64,000 nucleotides of DNA from an uncultured Chloroflexia bacterium (lineage in GTDB: Bacteria > Chloroflexota > Anaerolineae > Promineifilales > Promineifilaceae). The notes under the pieces were generated by a model. The model saw only the letters and a program-made list of their open reading frames with translations. It was not told the DNA's origin and made no database searches. Positions 53,692 through 63,786 of this stretch are shown here, in pieces. The stretch's first letter is position 1. Each line of letters begins with the position of its first letter. The stretch spans positions 19,314 to 83,313 of the forward strand of contig CAVQSM010000006.1 in the NCBI GenBank assembly GCA_963715935.1, in the 5' to 3' direction. The translations under genes and the position numbers were made by a program.

Positions 53692-54261
53692 TCATCCATA
53701 GGCGCGATAGAGGCCGGGGTGGTTGGTCATGCCCGCCGCTTCCATCATGGCCACCTGCTGCGCGAACTGCTCGTTGGTCAGAAAGAGATGGCCATCAAAC
53801 GTCCAGTCATCCCGAAACCACGGGCGAAGAACGTCGAGCAAGCGGCGGTCCAGCCCCTCCGCCAGCCGCGACTGCCGAATCCAGAACATCACAATGGCTT
53901 CGTAATCGTTCCACGCCGCATCTCCGGCTGATACGGCCTGTGCGCCGGCCAGCCAGCGGGCCGTTAGCGGATTGATCTAGACGCAGCCGAGACATTCGGT
54001 CTCGTCCGGATTCATCACTGTAAAGGTAAACGACTCACCCCGGATATGTTCACCTTCATACCGCTGCAGATCTTTCAGGTTGCCGGCCAGGGTGAAGTCG
54101 TCGGCCGGCCAGCTGGATTGATCCCACTGGCGCAGAAACACCCTGCTTTCCATCACCGCCGCGTAATCCAGCTCGACATCGGTCGCCCTGAGCGGCCGGA
54201 TCAGAAAGTAACCGGTTTCCAGTCCCTCCGGGATCGTGCTGCTGCTGTCACCAAATACCAT
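53692..54261 (-). CDS. GNAT-type N-acetyltransferase (frameshifted)
   Basis: IRPLRATDVELDYAAVMES, FTFTVMNPDETECLGCV(Y), FWIRQSRLAEGLD. Confidence 0.75.
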
Positions 54262-54433
54262 GTGCCGTCTCCTGCCGAATGTTGTGATGGCACCCATTGT
54301 ACGCCGTGTCGACCGCCGGCGCCTTTCAGAGAGCAACGCGAGAAGGAAACGAAACAGGCCGGACTACCCTGAGGGGTGGCCCGGCCCATTTCTGCTGATG
54401 CAGCCTGTTGGCTGCGGTAAGCGGTTGGAACTG

Positions 54434-55246
54434 TTAATCGCCAGAAGCGAACACGCGGTCGGTCAGGCTCTCGTAATCGTACCCTTCCGCCCGGCTGCGA
54501 ATCTGCGCCACCTGGGTCAGTAAGATACCGTAGATCACCTTCGAGCTGATGTCGGCCACTGTGTAGGTGATCTGCCGGCCGACCACGCCCGCTTCGGAGT
54601 CCATCAAGACCGGCATCAGGTAGCCGCCCGGATAGAGCATCCACGAAAAGAGGAACAGCCACCAGATGGCGCCCATGATGCGCTGCGCCTCGGGCGGCAG
54701 ATCGGTGCTGCCCTCGCGGATGACGCGGTAGATCAGGTAGAGCACTTGGGCGAAGAAGACGGTGCTGATGGCGCCCCAGACGAGCAGGGCGGTGGTGTTG
54801 GTCGTCTCGTAGAATTGGCCTATGTAGCCGGTCAGGATCATCATTGCGCCGGAGAAGAAAAACCAATTGCGCCACCGGTTGCGCTGCGCCTTGCTGATCT
54901 CCACAATGAACAGAATCTGGAACAGCAGCATCGGCACGTCGATGAGCCAGTTCAGGTAGCGGTAACCGTTGCTGAACTGGTCGGCCCCGGGCGCCCGCTC
55001 ATACAGTCCGGCGGCGGAGTTGAACTCGAACGCGTTCACCCAGCTCGCCTGCTGGAAGTAGAGGATCAGGAACGCCGAGACCATGACCACCACCGACAGC
55101 ACGGAGGAAATCCGGTAACGCGGCGCGACGGTGCGTATGGTCAGGATGAAGTAGAAGAGGGCGGCCAACATCACCGCAAACCCCAGGGTCAACACCTGGG
55201 AGACGATTTCGTAAGCCATGGGAGAGTAGCTGAACAGATTTTCCAT
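54434..55246 (-). CDS. Microbial rhodopsin with NDQ motif (KR2-like light-driven Na+ pump)
   Basis: Seven TM segments; GYRYLNWLIDVPMLLFQIL (N99, D103, Q110); retinal-binding ADISSKVIYG; AAGGAG RBS. Confidence 0.95.
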   Translation of the reverse strand: MENLFSYSPMAYEIVSQVLTLGFAVMLAALFYFILTIRTVAPRYRISSVLSVVVMVSAFLILYFQQASWVNAFEFNSAAGLYERAPGADQFSNGYRYLNWLIDVPMLLFQILFIVEISKAQRNRWRNWFFFSGAMMILTGYIGQFYETTNTTALLVWGAISTVFFAQVLYLIYRVIREGSTDLPPEAQRIMGAIWWLFLFSWMLYPGGYLMPVLMDSEAGVVGRQITYTVADISSKVIYGILLTQVAQIRSRAEGYDYESLTDRVFASGD

Positions 55247-55330
55247 GGTCGTTGCTCCTTGTTAATTAATGTAGACTGCGGCACCAGTTGAGGCGCGCGC
55301 CGCGGCCTTGTCATACAGGCAACCACGAGG

Positions 55331-55392
55331 GTTGCACCAGTTTTGTACAGGTTATACTATCTATTCTAGCAATTGTACAACTAATGTCAAGG
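55331..55392 (-). promoter_or_regulatory. Rhodopsin promoter with CarH/LitR-like TnnACA repeats
   Basis: Minus strand: TTGACA-16 bp-TAGAAT; TGTACA 11 bp after TTGACA; a second TGTACA/GGTGCA pair 11 bp apart. Confidence 0.6.
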
Positions 55393-55841
55393 TATGGCAG
55401 CGCAATAGTTCGTATAGCGCAGGGGAAAACATCTGTCAGCGCAGCGCGGGCCCGCCCGGGGATCAGCAGCGTGCCATCTCCCAGGTCGATAGTGGCGTGT
55501 TGCGTGCGACCTAGGCTCATGGGCGCGGCCCTCGACCAGCTGTTGGTGGCAGGATCGTACAGCTCGGTCTGGTTGGTGGAGATACAGCGCTCTACGCCGT
55601 TGTCAACGTAGCAGGTGTCGGTGGTGCCGCCTACTACCAGCACCTTGCCACTACTCAAGGTTGTGGACGTGTGGTTGAAGCGGGTGGTCGCCATATCGGC
55701 CGCTGCGCTCCAACTGTTTGCCACCGGGTCGTACAGTTCGGCTGAGGCCAGTATCGTGAGATTCTCATCGCGCCCACCGATGACCAGCACCCGCCCGTCA
55801 GGTAGCAGCGCCGCCGCATGCTCTTGGCGGGCAGTTGACAT
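55388..55841 (-). pseudogene. Kelch-repeat protein C-terminal fragment
   Basis: About 2.5 Kelch blades (R..H.A.LL.DGRVLVIGG...AELYDP..NSW); no signal peptide or RBS; too short for a complete propeller. Confidence 0.65.
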
Positions 55842-55907
55842 GTCAGCGCTGAATGTCGGGAACTTTAATACAGGGTAAGGGAGGGGGCCAAATCTGGTGG
55901 CCCGCGG

Positions 55908-58385
55908 TCAGGGCGTCATACTGATCGCATCCACGTTGACCGGGAAGCCCAGGGCCGAGCCATCCCAGACGACCTCCACCGGCACGTAGCTGCCTTCGTC
56001 CGGGACAAAACGGACGATATCGCGGCCGTTGCCGCCGACGCCGCCCAGATTGAAGCCGCCGAGGATAACGACGTAGAGATCGCCGGTCGCGCTGTCGACT
56101 GCCAGCCCGTTGATATCTTCACCCTTCAGTCCCGGCACGAGTGTGCCGTCGAAAAACAAGGACCAGTCGCCATTCGCCAGGTCGTAGGCCAGAATATCCT
56201 CGTCATGGCTCCTGATGGTGCCGTCCGGGCCGCTCACCCGCGCTGTCCCCATCGTGCTGAGCAGCAGACGGCCGCTTGCCGGGTCGATGGCCAGGGCGTC
56301 GATGCGCTCGCCGCTGGTCGTCAGCCCGACAGTTGAGCCGTCTAACAGCCACGCAAACTGACCGGCTGTCGTCGGGCCAAGACTATCGGGGACGAACTGC
56401 ACCACGTCCTGCGGCGTGACCGTGCCCAACCCGCCGATCGACTGGTTGGCTTTGAACGCCAGCAGCAGACTGCCATCGTCCAGAAGGGCAAAGGCGTTGA
56501 CGTTGGCCGTCACAGCAACGTCAGACGCGTCGAAGAACAGCGACCATGCGGTTGTGGCCGGGTCATAGGCAACGATGTCGGCCGGCGCGAAGCTGACGCC
56601 GCCCACACTGCCTGCCTTCTGGGGGCTGATGTATATCGTTTCGCCGGATCCGCCCGGTGGCGGGGGAGGCGGGGGAGGTGGCGGCGGCGTGTCGTGCCAG
56701 CACGGTGATGGTCTGCAGCTCGCGGTCGCGTCCGCTGTCGTTGAAGGCGATGAGCTTGACCGTATAGTCGCCGGGATGGGCAAAGGTGTGGACCGGGTTC
56801 TGGTCTGTGACAACTCGTCCCGTCGCCGAAATCCCACTTCCAGCGGTTGGGGCAGCCGGTCGATTCGTCGGTGAACTGGACCGGCTCACCGGCGATAGGC
56901 TCGGCGGGAGCGAACGTGTAGGCAGCCGTAGGGGCGGAATTGCTTGAGCACGACTCGAATTGTGCCTGAATAGTCCGGTGGCCGAACATCGACACGACCA
57001 GCGGATTGTCGTTCGTCGTGGCTTCGTCCGTGCCGTAGATATCGCCGCTCCAGCCGGAAAAGGGCGTGCCGGCGTCAGGCAGCGCGGTAAGAACCACGTC
57101 CTCCCCGAAGCGGTAGCTGGCTTTCTGCAGGTCAATCTGCACGCCGCCGCCGGCAACAGAGGGAACGGTCAATTGCGGCGCGGGCTGGACGGAGTCAAGC
57201 TCCACGGTGACCGGGCCAAAGCGGGCATCCACATGGTGGGCCACCAACAGCACGCCGCCACTGGCCGGCTCGCTGGTCTTGCCGTCGATGGTGAACATCC
57301 AGCCGGTCGGTTCGGTCGCGCCCTGTTCCCAAACCTTGAAGCGGTAGGTGGCCGGGCTGGTGGCCGAGTCGACCTGCAGCTTGAACAGGTACGTCGTGCC
57401 GAACTTCAGCGATTGGCCGTTTTCGGCCGCCACCTGGCCGCCGTCGCGCAGAATCTGATAGCCGGAGGTGTAGACGCCCGATTGCCGCTGCCAGCGATAC
57501 CAGGCCATCGCGCCCAGGCGTCGCCAGCCGGTGCGCGGCTCGAAGCCGTTGTCGTTGTCGTAATGGCCGTTCCAGCGGACCATGAGGCCGATGCCGGGGC
57601 CGTTGCTGGGGGCGGGATAGCCACCCTCGTCAATCGCCTCGACCGTGACCGGGACGGTCACCGTGTAGTCGCGCCAGGAAAGATCGCCCAGCGCCACCAG
57701 CCGGTCGAAATCGAAGACCAGCGGTCGGATGGTGTCGCCGTCGATGGCCCAACGGCCGTCGACCACCTGCGCCAGATCGTTTACCTGGGTGACTGTGCTC
57801 CACTCATAGCTGAATGTACCCGGCGACCAGGAGAGCGCGCTCCCGGAATGATTAACGGTCACCGTCGTTTCAGCCGTTGCGCCGGACGCGTCGGTGGCGC
57901 TGACAGCGACCGTATTGGCCCCGGCGTTCAGGTCGGTGTAATCCAGCTCGATATTAAAGTCGCCTGCTTCTGCCTTGCGCCGGTCGTCCGGGCCAATCTG
58001 CAGGGCGTGGGCCGGGCCGCCGTTGAGCGTGTAGCTGAGGCTGCTGATGGCGTTGGGGCCGCTGACGTTGCCCAGGACGTTGGCCCACTTCTGCGGGTCG
58101 CCATTCTGGCCAAAGGTCTGTGGGGAACCATCCCAGATTGCGATAGTCAGCGCGTCGGGCGCGGCCGTTGCGGGCGTATCGATGCCGGGACGAGGGGCAA
58201 AGACCGGCTGGTCGCTGACGGCGCCGGCAGTTAATGGTGGCTTATCCGGGTTATCGTCGCTGCGAGTCAGATTCGGAAGTCGCTTGACAGGCGGCCGTCA
58301 ATGAACCGGTCGTGGTCAGGACCAGAGCCAGGGCCAGTAGGATCAGGGCGAGTCGGGCCGGGGTAAGGCGGTGGGATTGGCGCAT
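55908..58385 (-). CDS. Secreted multidomain protein with PKD domain and C-terminal propeller-like domain (frameshifted)
   Basis: Signal MRQSHRLTPARLALILLALALVL from 58385; WDFGDG...QNPVHTFAHPGDYTVKL PKD; poly-Pro linker; WSLFFD repeats. Confidence 0.75.
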
Positions 58386-58543
58386 GCACAGGAGTTTCCT
58401 GGTGGGTGTCTACTCTTGTTCCGAGCAGCAGTTCGAGCAGGCTATTTATCGCACACGATGAGTATGACGTCGAGCTCTTACTCGGCAGCTGCGGGCGCAT
58501 TCAGGGCCGGCTTCGAACACCATGATCTGTTTTCTGGATTGGT

Positions 58544-59032
58544 CTACGGATTGTCATACACGAAGAACATGTAATCCTGCGATACTGTCTTCGCGCCCAT
58601 GTCGTGGAGCGTGCGCAGCATCTGTGCCCGGTGGTCGGTGCCGTGGTTGACCACATGCAGCAGCACCTGCCAGGCGATGAGGTCTTTGTCTTCGTCATCG
58701 GTGAACGGTTTTTCCAGCGCCATCTCATCGGTCAGCCCCGCCAGGTAGTCGCGCATCATCTGCTCGACCCCATCCCAGCGGGCGCGGATGGCCGCCCGGT
58801 CCCCGTAGGTCGCCGGCTCCAGCCACTCCGGCGGCTCCACACCGCGCAACCCGCTGAACCACGCCTCGTCGACGTTCATCAGGTGGACGCACTGGTTGCG
58901 CAGCGAACTGCGGGAGTAGGCGACCTCCTGCGTGAACTGCTCCTCGGTCAGGGGCACGATGTACTCATCCCACGTGGTGCGGTTCTGCGCGAAGTGGTAG
59001 TCGTAGAAATGGCGGATGGCTGCTGCGTTCAT
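58544..59032 (-). CDS. DinB family protein
   Basis: SLRNQCVHL, LLHVVNHGTDHRAQ. Confidence 0.9.
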   Translation of the reverse strand: MNAAAIRHFYDYHFAQNRTTWDEYIVPLTEEQFTQEVAYSRSSLRNQCVHLMNVDEAWFSGLRGVEPPEWLEPATYGDRAAIRARWDGVEQMMRDYLAGLTDEMALEKPFTDDEDKDLIAWQVLLHVVNHGTDHRAQMLRTLHDMGAKTVSQDYMFFVYDNP

Positions 59033-59202
59033 ACGGTTTCTTCCTTTATATAGACATATAGACCGTGGTAACAAGAAGTGGGCCGACCTGTGGAGAGTGG
59101 GCCTGTCGATTGTCTCCGTTTGTGGCCCCGGCGCAAGGGGAAAGCTCTGGCAGGGAGCGCGACAAGGAATGTCGCGGCTGCGATTTATGGCTGACGGCCG
59201 CC

Positions 59203-59763
59203 TCAGGCTAGCCGCCGCTTCATAAATACCGCCATCTCCCCATCCGGATAGTCATTGTTCGTGTAGTACGACACATCGACGGCCTCGACACGAAAGCCGA
59301 GGGCGCGATAGGCGTCGATGCCTGTGCCGTTGGTGTTCTGCGCCTCGCAGACAATGGTGCGGAAGCGGGCGGTCGCGCCGCGTTCGGCGAGAGCGTCCAT
59401 CAGCCGGCGGCCGATTCCCAGCCGCTGGTGGGTGGGGGCGACGTGGAACTCCCACACCCAGAGGCTGCCGTTCCAGCGGCGCGGCTCGACGACGACGAAC
59501 CCGACGAGCATCTCGCCCTCATAGGCACCCAGCGACCAACCGTCTTCCAGCACGCGCCGGTAGCGGATCATATCATCGTCGTCGAACGTCCACGTCTTGA
59601 CGTAGGGTGTGGGGAGCGTCGAGCGCTGCAGCTCGAACGTGAGGCAATCGGCTGTCTCCGTGGCGGTCACCGTGTAGGCGACAGGGGAGGTGTAGCCGGG
59701 GGCGATACGGGCGGTGTCGACCTTCTCCAACAGGTGCAGCGGGCAAACGTCGATCATGGTCAT
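59203..59763 (-). CDS. GNAT acetyltransferase (streptothricin acetyltransferase-like)
   Basis: WNGSLWVWEFHVAPTHQRLGIGRRL, EAQNTN, YRALGF. Confidence 0.85.
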   Translation of the reverse strand: MTMIDVCPLHLLEKVDTARIAPGYTSPVAYTVTATETADCLTFELQRSTLPTPYVKTWTFDDDDMIRYRRVLEDGWSLGAYEGEMLVGFVVVEPRRWNGSLWVWEFHVAPTHQRLGIGRRLMDALAERGATARFRTIVCEAQNTNGTGIDAYRALGFRVEAVDVSYYTNNDYPDGEMAVFMKRRLA

Positions 59764-59775
59764 CTCCGTGCGCAC

Positions 59776-59840
59776 AGACCTGACAGGTTTTCGAGCCATT
59801 TCACATTGAATAATGCAGCCGCGCAAAACCTGTCAGGTCT
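59776..59840. repeat. REP-like inverted repeat with spacer
   Basis: AGACCTGACAGGTTTT...AAAACCTGTCAGGTCT. Confidence 0.75.
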
Positions 59841-59848
59841 CTTTTCAA

Positions 59849-60661
59849 CTACGGCCCGGACGCCAGCGGCTCATCAGGCGGATTGTAAAGGGTCGGCGCA
59901 TCATACCCCTCCATCGGAGCGTCCCACTCCAGCTCCGCCAGGTCAATGCGGCCGTTGAGTAGATCGTCCCACGGAACTCCATCAGGCGTGAAGATGCTTT
60001 CGCCGCCCTCCCTGTAAACAATGGACAGGCCAGGCGTGAACTGGATGAGAACCTTTTCGAGACTACTGCCATAGTGATATTGATAACGAATCTGATAGGT
60101 TCGGGCGTCGGGGTAGGCAGCGACTAACTTCTGCAGGCTGTCCACCAGAACATCCTGCTTCAGAAACGGCCGTTTGCCGACGGCCGGCGGATCTGCCAGC
60201 CCTTCACTGATACGGGTGGTCGTCTTCCACTCGCCGGGCAGACTGTAGTAATCCAGCAGCGCAATGTTCCGATCCGCGTCCCAGAGCGCCATGGGGGGAT
60301 CGGCGAAACGGGCCTCGGCCTGGGCCAGAATAAAGGCGTTGCCTTCCTCTGTATCGTCCATGGTCAGTCGGTAACGCTGCGCGATGCGGTGGCGAATGAG
60401 CGTGTCCAACTGTCGGGCATCTGTCGGCAGACCGTCCGGTTGATCGGCGGCAATCTCATCCACGATACGCCCCAGGAGATCGGGATCGGGATTGCGATAC
60501 GCCTGCCACCAGGTGTTCAGGTCCATCGTTTGCAGCGACTCAATGGCGTAGGCCCGGGGATCCTCCACCTGAGCAGGCGGTTCCGCCGCTGTTCCACCGC
60601 CACACCCGGCCAGAGTGATCATCATCGTGACCAAGATTGTCCACAGTGTAAATGTTCTCAT
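59849..60661 (-). CDS. Hypothetical lipoprotein
   Basis: MRTFTLWTILVTMMITLAGC lipobox; uninterrupted ORF. Confidence 0.75.
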   Translation of the reverse strand: MRTFTLWTILVTMMITLAGCGGGTAAEPPAQVEDPRAYAIESLQTMDLNTWWQAYRNPDPDLLGRIVDEIAADQPDGLPTDARQLDTLIRHRIAQRYRLTMDDTEEGNAFILAQAEARFADPPMALWDADRNIALLDYYSLPGEWKTTTRISEGLADPPAVGKRPFLKQDVLVDSLQKLVAAYPDARTYQIRYQYHYGSSLEKVLIQFTPGLSIVYREGGESIFTPDGVPWDDLLNGRIDLAELEWDAPMEGYDAPTLYNPPDEPLASGP

Positions 60662-60868
60662 CTTCTGCCCAGTGTAGTCCTGTTTTGATCTTCTGGTAAT
60701 AGGTGAATGGGAAACGGCCGTCAATGCAAAAGCGGGCAGGATGGCCTGCGCCGTTCAACCTGACAGGAAAATTGAACGCTGTATTCGTTTATCACTGTAT
60801 ATACAACAACCAGACGGCTATGGTATGATGCAATTATACCGGGAATCGTCAACCTGGAGGTAAGGATT

Positions 60869-61183
60869 ATGGCTAAGAAAGTCGTATCGAAGCGCGCGGC
60901 TCCGCGCTGGTATGGGTGGCTGGTGCTGGTTATCCTCGGCAGCAGCCTGCTGTTCGGCACGATCATCCGGCCCGGTGCGTTCGGCGGTGTGGCTGATGAG
61001 ATGGGCGGCGTCCTGCAAGTTGTGATCGCCGTCCTGCTCCTGATTGTGGCGCTGATCGTCGTCGGCTGGCTGGCGTGGTGGGCCATTCAGGGCCTGATTC
61101 GCGCCGGTCTGTACATCTCCGACGCTCAGTCAGCGTTCTGGGACGACGGCCGCGACCTGGACGACGAGGATCTCGACGAATAG
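60869..61183 (+). CDS. Small two-TM protein with acidic tail
   Basis: GGAGG/AAGGA RBS; two hydrophobic helices; DDEDLDE end. Confidence 0.7.
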   Translation: MAKKVVSKRAAPRWYGWLVLVILGSSLLFGTIIRPGAFGGVADEMGGVLQVVIAVLLLIVALIVVGWLAWWAIQGLIRAGLYISDAQSAFWDDGRDLDDEDLDE

Positions 61184-61252
61184 GGGGCGGCCGTCCGGCT
61201 GCCTGCGGCACCGTTCATAACAACCAGCAGTCAACACAAGGAGAACTACCTG

Positions 61253-61654
61253 ATGGAAAAGCGAACGAAAGACAACCCCTGGACCCTGAAGACACCGCCG
61301 CTTTCGTCCGAGTACGAGATGTACATCGACGAGCAGGACGGCCGCGAGGTCATCGTCTGCACGGTGGGCAAGACGGTGCTGCTCTACGACTATCGCAGCC
61401 TGGAAGATTGTCACGCGATGCTGAAGGCGTATGGCGACTGGATGCCGCTGGGCAGCAAGGACGAGAAGGCGGAGGCAAAAGAGGGCACGGTAGAGTTTTG
61501 GGCGCGGTCGCCGGAGAACCCGGTCGGCGGCTGGTATGGCCTGAAGAAAGGGTTGCGCGGCCGTTTCGCCAACTACATTCCGCCGCTGATGGAGGAGTTG
61601 GGCCTGGCGGAGCTGGAGCACAACGCGCGGAACAATCGGATGCGGGCGATCTAG
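61253..61654 (+). CDS. Conserved hypothetical protein (DUF6855-like)
   Basis: AAGGAG RBS; PWTLKTPP...NPVGGWYGLKKGLRGRF...EHNARNNRMRA. Confidence 0.8.
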   Translation: MEKRTKDNPWTLKTPPLSSEYEMYIDEQDGREVIVCTVGKTVLLYDYRSLEDCHAMLKAYGDWMPLGSKDEKAEAKEGTVEFWARSPENPVGGWYGLKKGLRGRFANYIPPLMEELGLAELEHNARNNRMRAI

Positions 61655-61871
61655 GCGGAGCGCGAAGCAATGTAGGATGGACGGTTCGGCTGAAACTCCT
61701 TCAACAACAGCGTCAGGTGCCTTTGGGCGTGAAGGATCATGGTCGCCAGAGCATGCTGATAACAGCCACCGGGCAAGCAGGCAGGGCGATGCTATATACA
61801 CCGGCGCGCGGCCATGTTATCATGGTAGTATCTGGCAGCCGGAATGGTAGTCGAGTCTCCGGGGGTGGAAC

Positions 61872-62063
61872 ATGTTAGATGAGCTGATCAGGCCACTCGT
61901 AATTCTTGGAATGACGTTGTTTGGTGGGTTTGTCTTGCTGGCGGTTATCAGGATCGGTCTGTATTTGGCGGCGGCCAACGAAAACCTGTGGGACTACAGC
62001 GACGAGGAACTGAACCGCTACGCTGAGGACGACAGCGAACTGATCGACGCAGATAGCGGTTGA
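61872..62063 (+). CDS. Small single-TM protein with acidic tail
   Basis: GGTGG RBS-like site; C-terminus resembles 60869-61183. Confidence 0.55.
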   Translation: MLDELIRPLVILGMTLFGGFVLLAVIRIGLYLAAANENLWDYSDEELNRYAEDDSELIDADSG

Positions 62064-62282
62064 GAGCAAGTGCCTGAAGCCCAACGCGTCTGAGGCACTG
62101 TAGACTATGGACTAAACTGTTTGCACGACCAGACATATCCCGCAGCGACTCGCAAACAGCAGTGAGTGTCACCTGCCGCAGGCCGGGCCGGCGACATCTA
62201 CGCACGCGAATCAGGATTGCACAGCCGGGCAGGCCCCGCTGCTCTACATCTGTGCCAGATCCCAAAGATAGGGAGAGAGATC

Positions 62283-62738
62283 ATGAACCTGCGCGTAAGT
62301 CGCCGGCTGTTGCTATCGCTTCTACTTCTGTTCGCCATCTTCCTGACCGCTTGCGGGTCGGGTCGTGGCAGCGAGCCGCCAGACCTGACACTGACCACCG
62401 ACGGCGGTTCCCATGTGGCCGTTACGGGAACCTACTGCTGGGGCGGTCTATGTGTCGACACCGTGTATCCGCCAGTTGTCGAAACCTTCGTGGAGCTTGC
62501 GCCCGGCGAGCCGCTGGAGTTGGCGTTCGCTCGACCCCAGCCGGCATATGCGTTCATGGCGCTCGACCTCTATGAGACGTTCCCCGAGGCGGATTCGGCC
62601 GCCAGCCAGCGGCTGGACCCGGTGACCAATCCCGTCATCTGGTCGCCAGACATCCCACCCGGCGACTACATCCTGTTGGTGAGCGCACAGTGGGATGGTG
62701 GCGACGCGTCGTATCATATGGGCGTGACGATCCCCTAA
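62283..62738 (+). CDS. Hypothetical lipoprotein
   Basis: GGGAG RBS; LTAC lipobox; GTYCWGGLCVD; GDASY C-terminal motif. Confidence 0.8.
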   Translation: MNLRVSRRLLLSLLLLFAIFLTACGSGRGSEPPDLTLTTDGGSHVAVTGTYCWGGLCVDTVYPPVVETFVELAPGEPLELAFARPQPAYAFMALDLYETFPEADSAASQRLDPVTNPVIWSPDIPPGDYILLVSAQWDGGDASYHMGVTIP

Positions 62739-62931
62739 CGACTCCGAAACCGTCCCACGACAACCGCACAGGGCCAATCCCATCGCCCAGCCGGCGTTTC
62801 ATCGCATGGTATACTGTTCGTGCGGCGTTACCTCCGTAGCAGCAGCAGGAAGGCTGCCTACTTCTGACACAAAACCATCTTCTGTGAGCGGGCTATCAAC
62901 GACTGATGGAACATTCACAAAGACACTTCCG

Positions 62932-63786
62932 ATGCAAAGCACGAACGACAACCCCGAAATCACAACGCTTCTCTTCCTCATAACCGGCTTCGAGACGGGC
63001 GTTCTCTTTGTCGCGGGCCTTGGCCTGCTTTTCGCCCCGGGCGTGCTGCGCCCCATGTGGCCGTGGCCCCTGTCGCCATTCAACGCGCTGCTGTTGGGGG
63101 CCATCTACTCCTCCTCAATGGTGGCGACGGCCATGGTGGTCTATATCAGACGGTGGGCGCCGGCTCGCGTCGTGCTGCCCATGATCTTGATTTTTACCAC
63201 GATAGTGCTGATCGTCTGTCTGGTCTATATCGATCGTTTTGACTTTCAGCGCTGGGTAACCTGGCTCTGGTTCGCGCTGTACATCATCATTCCCGCCAAC
63301 GCAGCCTACCATATGTGGCTGTACCGAGATCTCAAGCCGTTCAACCAGTCGCCATTGCCGTCACCGTGGCGGAGCGTGCTGTTGATACCGACGATATTGC
63401 TCGGGGTGTATGGGATGGGTCTGCTGATTGCGCCAGACACATTCAGCAGTTTCTGGCCCTGGCCCATCGACGACTTTCACAGCAGGGTCTACAGCGTGCT
63501 GTACATCACACCGGCGACAGGGGCTGTGCTCCTGTATGGCGCGGCGGCCTCGATTGAGCTGTTGACCCTGGGACTGGTCCAGGTCGTTGGGTCCGGCATC
63601 GTGATGGGCGGGCTGGTGATCATTGACAACCAGGTCGACAAGATAGCGTGGTCAGCCTCGGGCACGTGGGTGTGGCTCGCAACGTTTGCGATTCTCTTTG
63701 TCACCGGCGCCGGTCTGGTCTGGCAGTCGCGCGTAAGGGCAAGGCGCGAAGCGTCTCTGGCGGCGCCGGTTGCGGCGTCAGACTGA
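62932..63786 (+). CDS. Polytopic membrane protein with an internal duplication
   Basis: Two halves with LFAPG...WPWPLSPFNA and LIAPD...WPWPIDDFHS; about 8 TM segments. Confidence 0.8.
   Translation: MQSTNDNPEITTLLFLITGFETGVLFVAGLGLLFAPGVLRPMWPWPLSPFNALLLGAIYSSSMVATAMVVYIRRWAPARVVLPMILIFTTIVLIVCLVYIDRFDFQRWVTWLWFALYIIIPANAAYHMWLYRDLKPFNQSPLPSPWRSVLLIPTILLGVYGMGLLIAPDTFSSFWPWPIDDFHSRVYSVLYITPATGAVLLYGAAASIELLTLGLVQVVGSGIVMGGLVIIDNQVDKIAWSASGTWVWLATFAILFVTGAGLVWQSRVRARREASLAAPVAASD

Noticed and set aside
981-58385. Widespread frameshifts suggesting mass pseudogenisation or programmed frameshifting
   Set aside because: Indels are scattered across unrelated genes whose motifs are otherwise intact and cluster in patches. 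This fits low-coverage long-read error better and cannot be resolved without reads.
58400-58543. Possible orphan gene tail (NPENRSWCSKPALNAPAAAE*) after the DinB gene
   Set aside because: No matching parent sequence in the window; unsupported.
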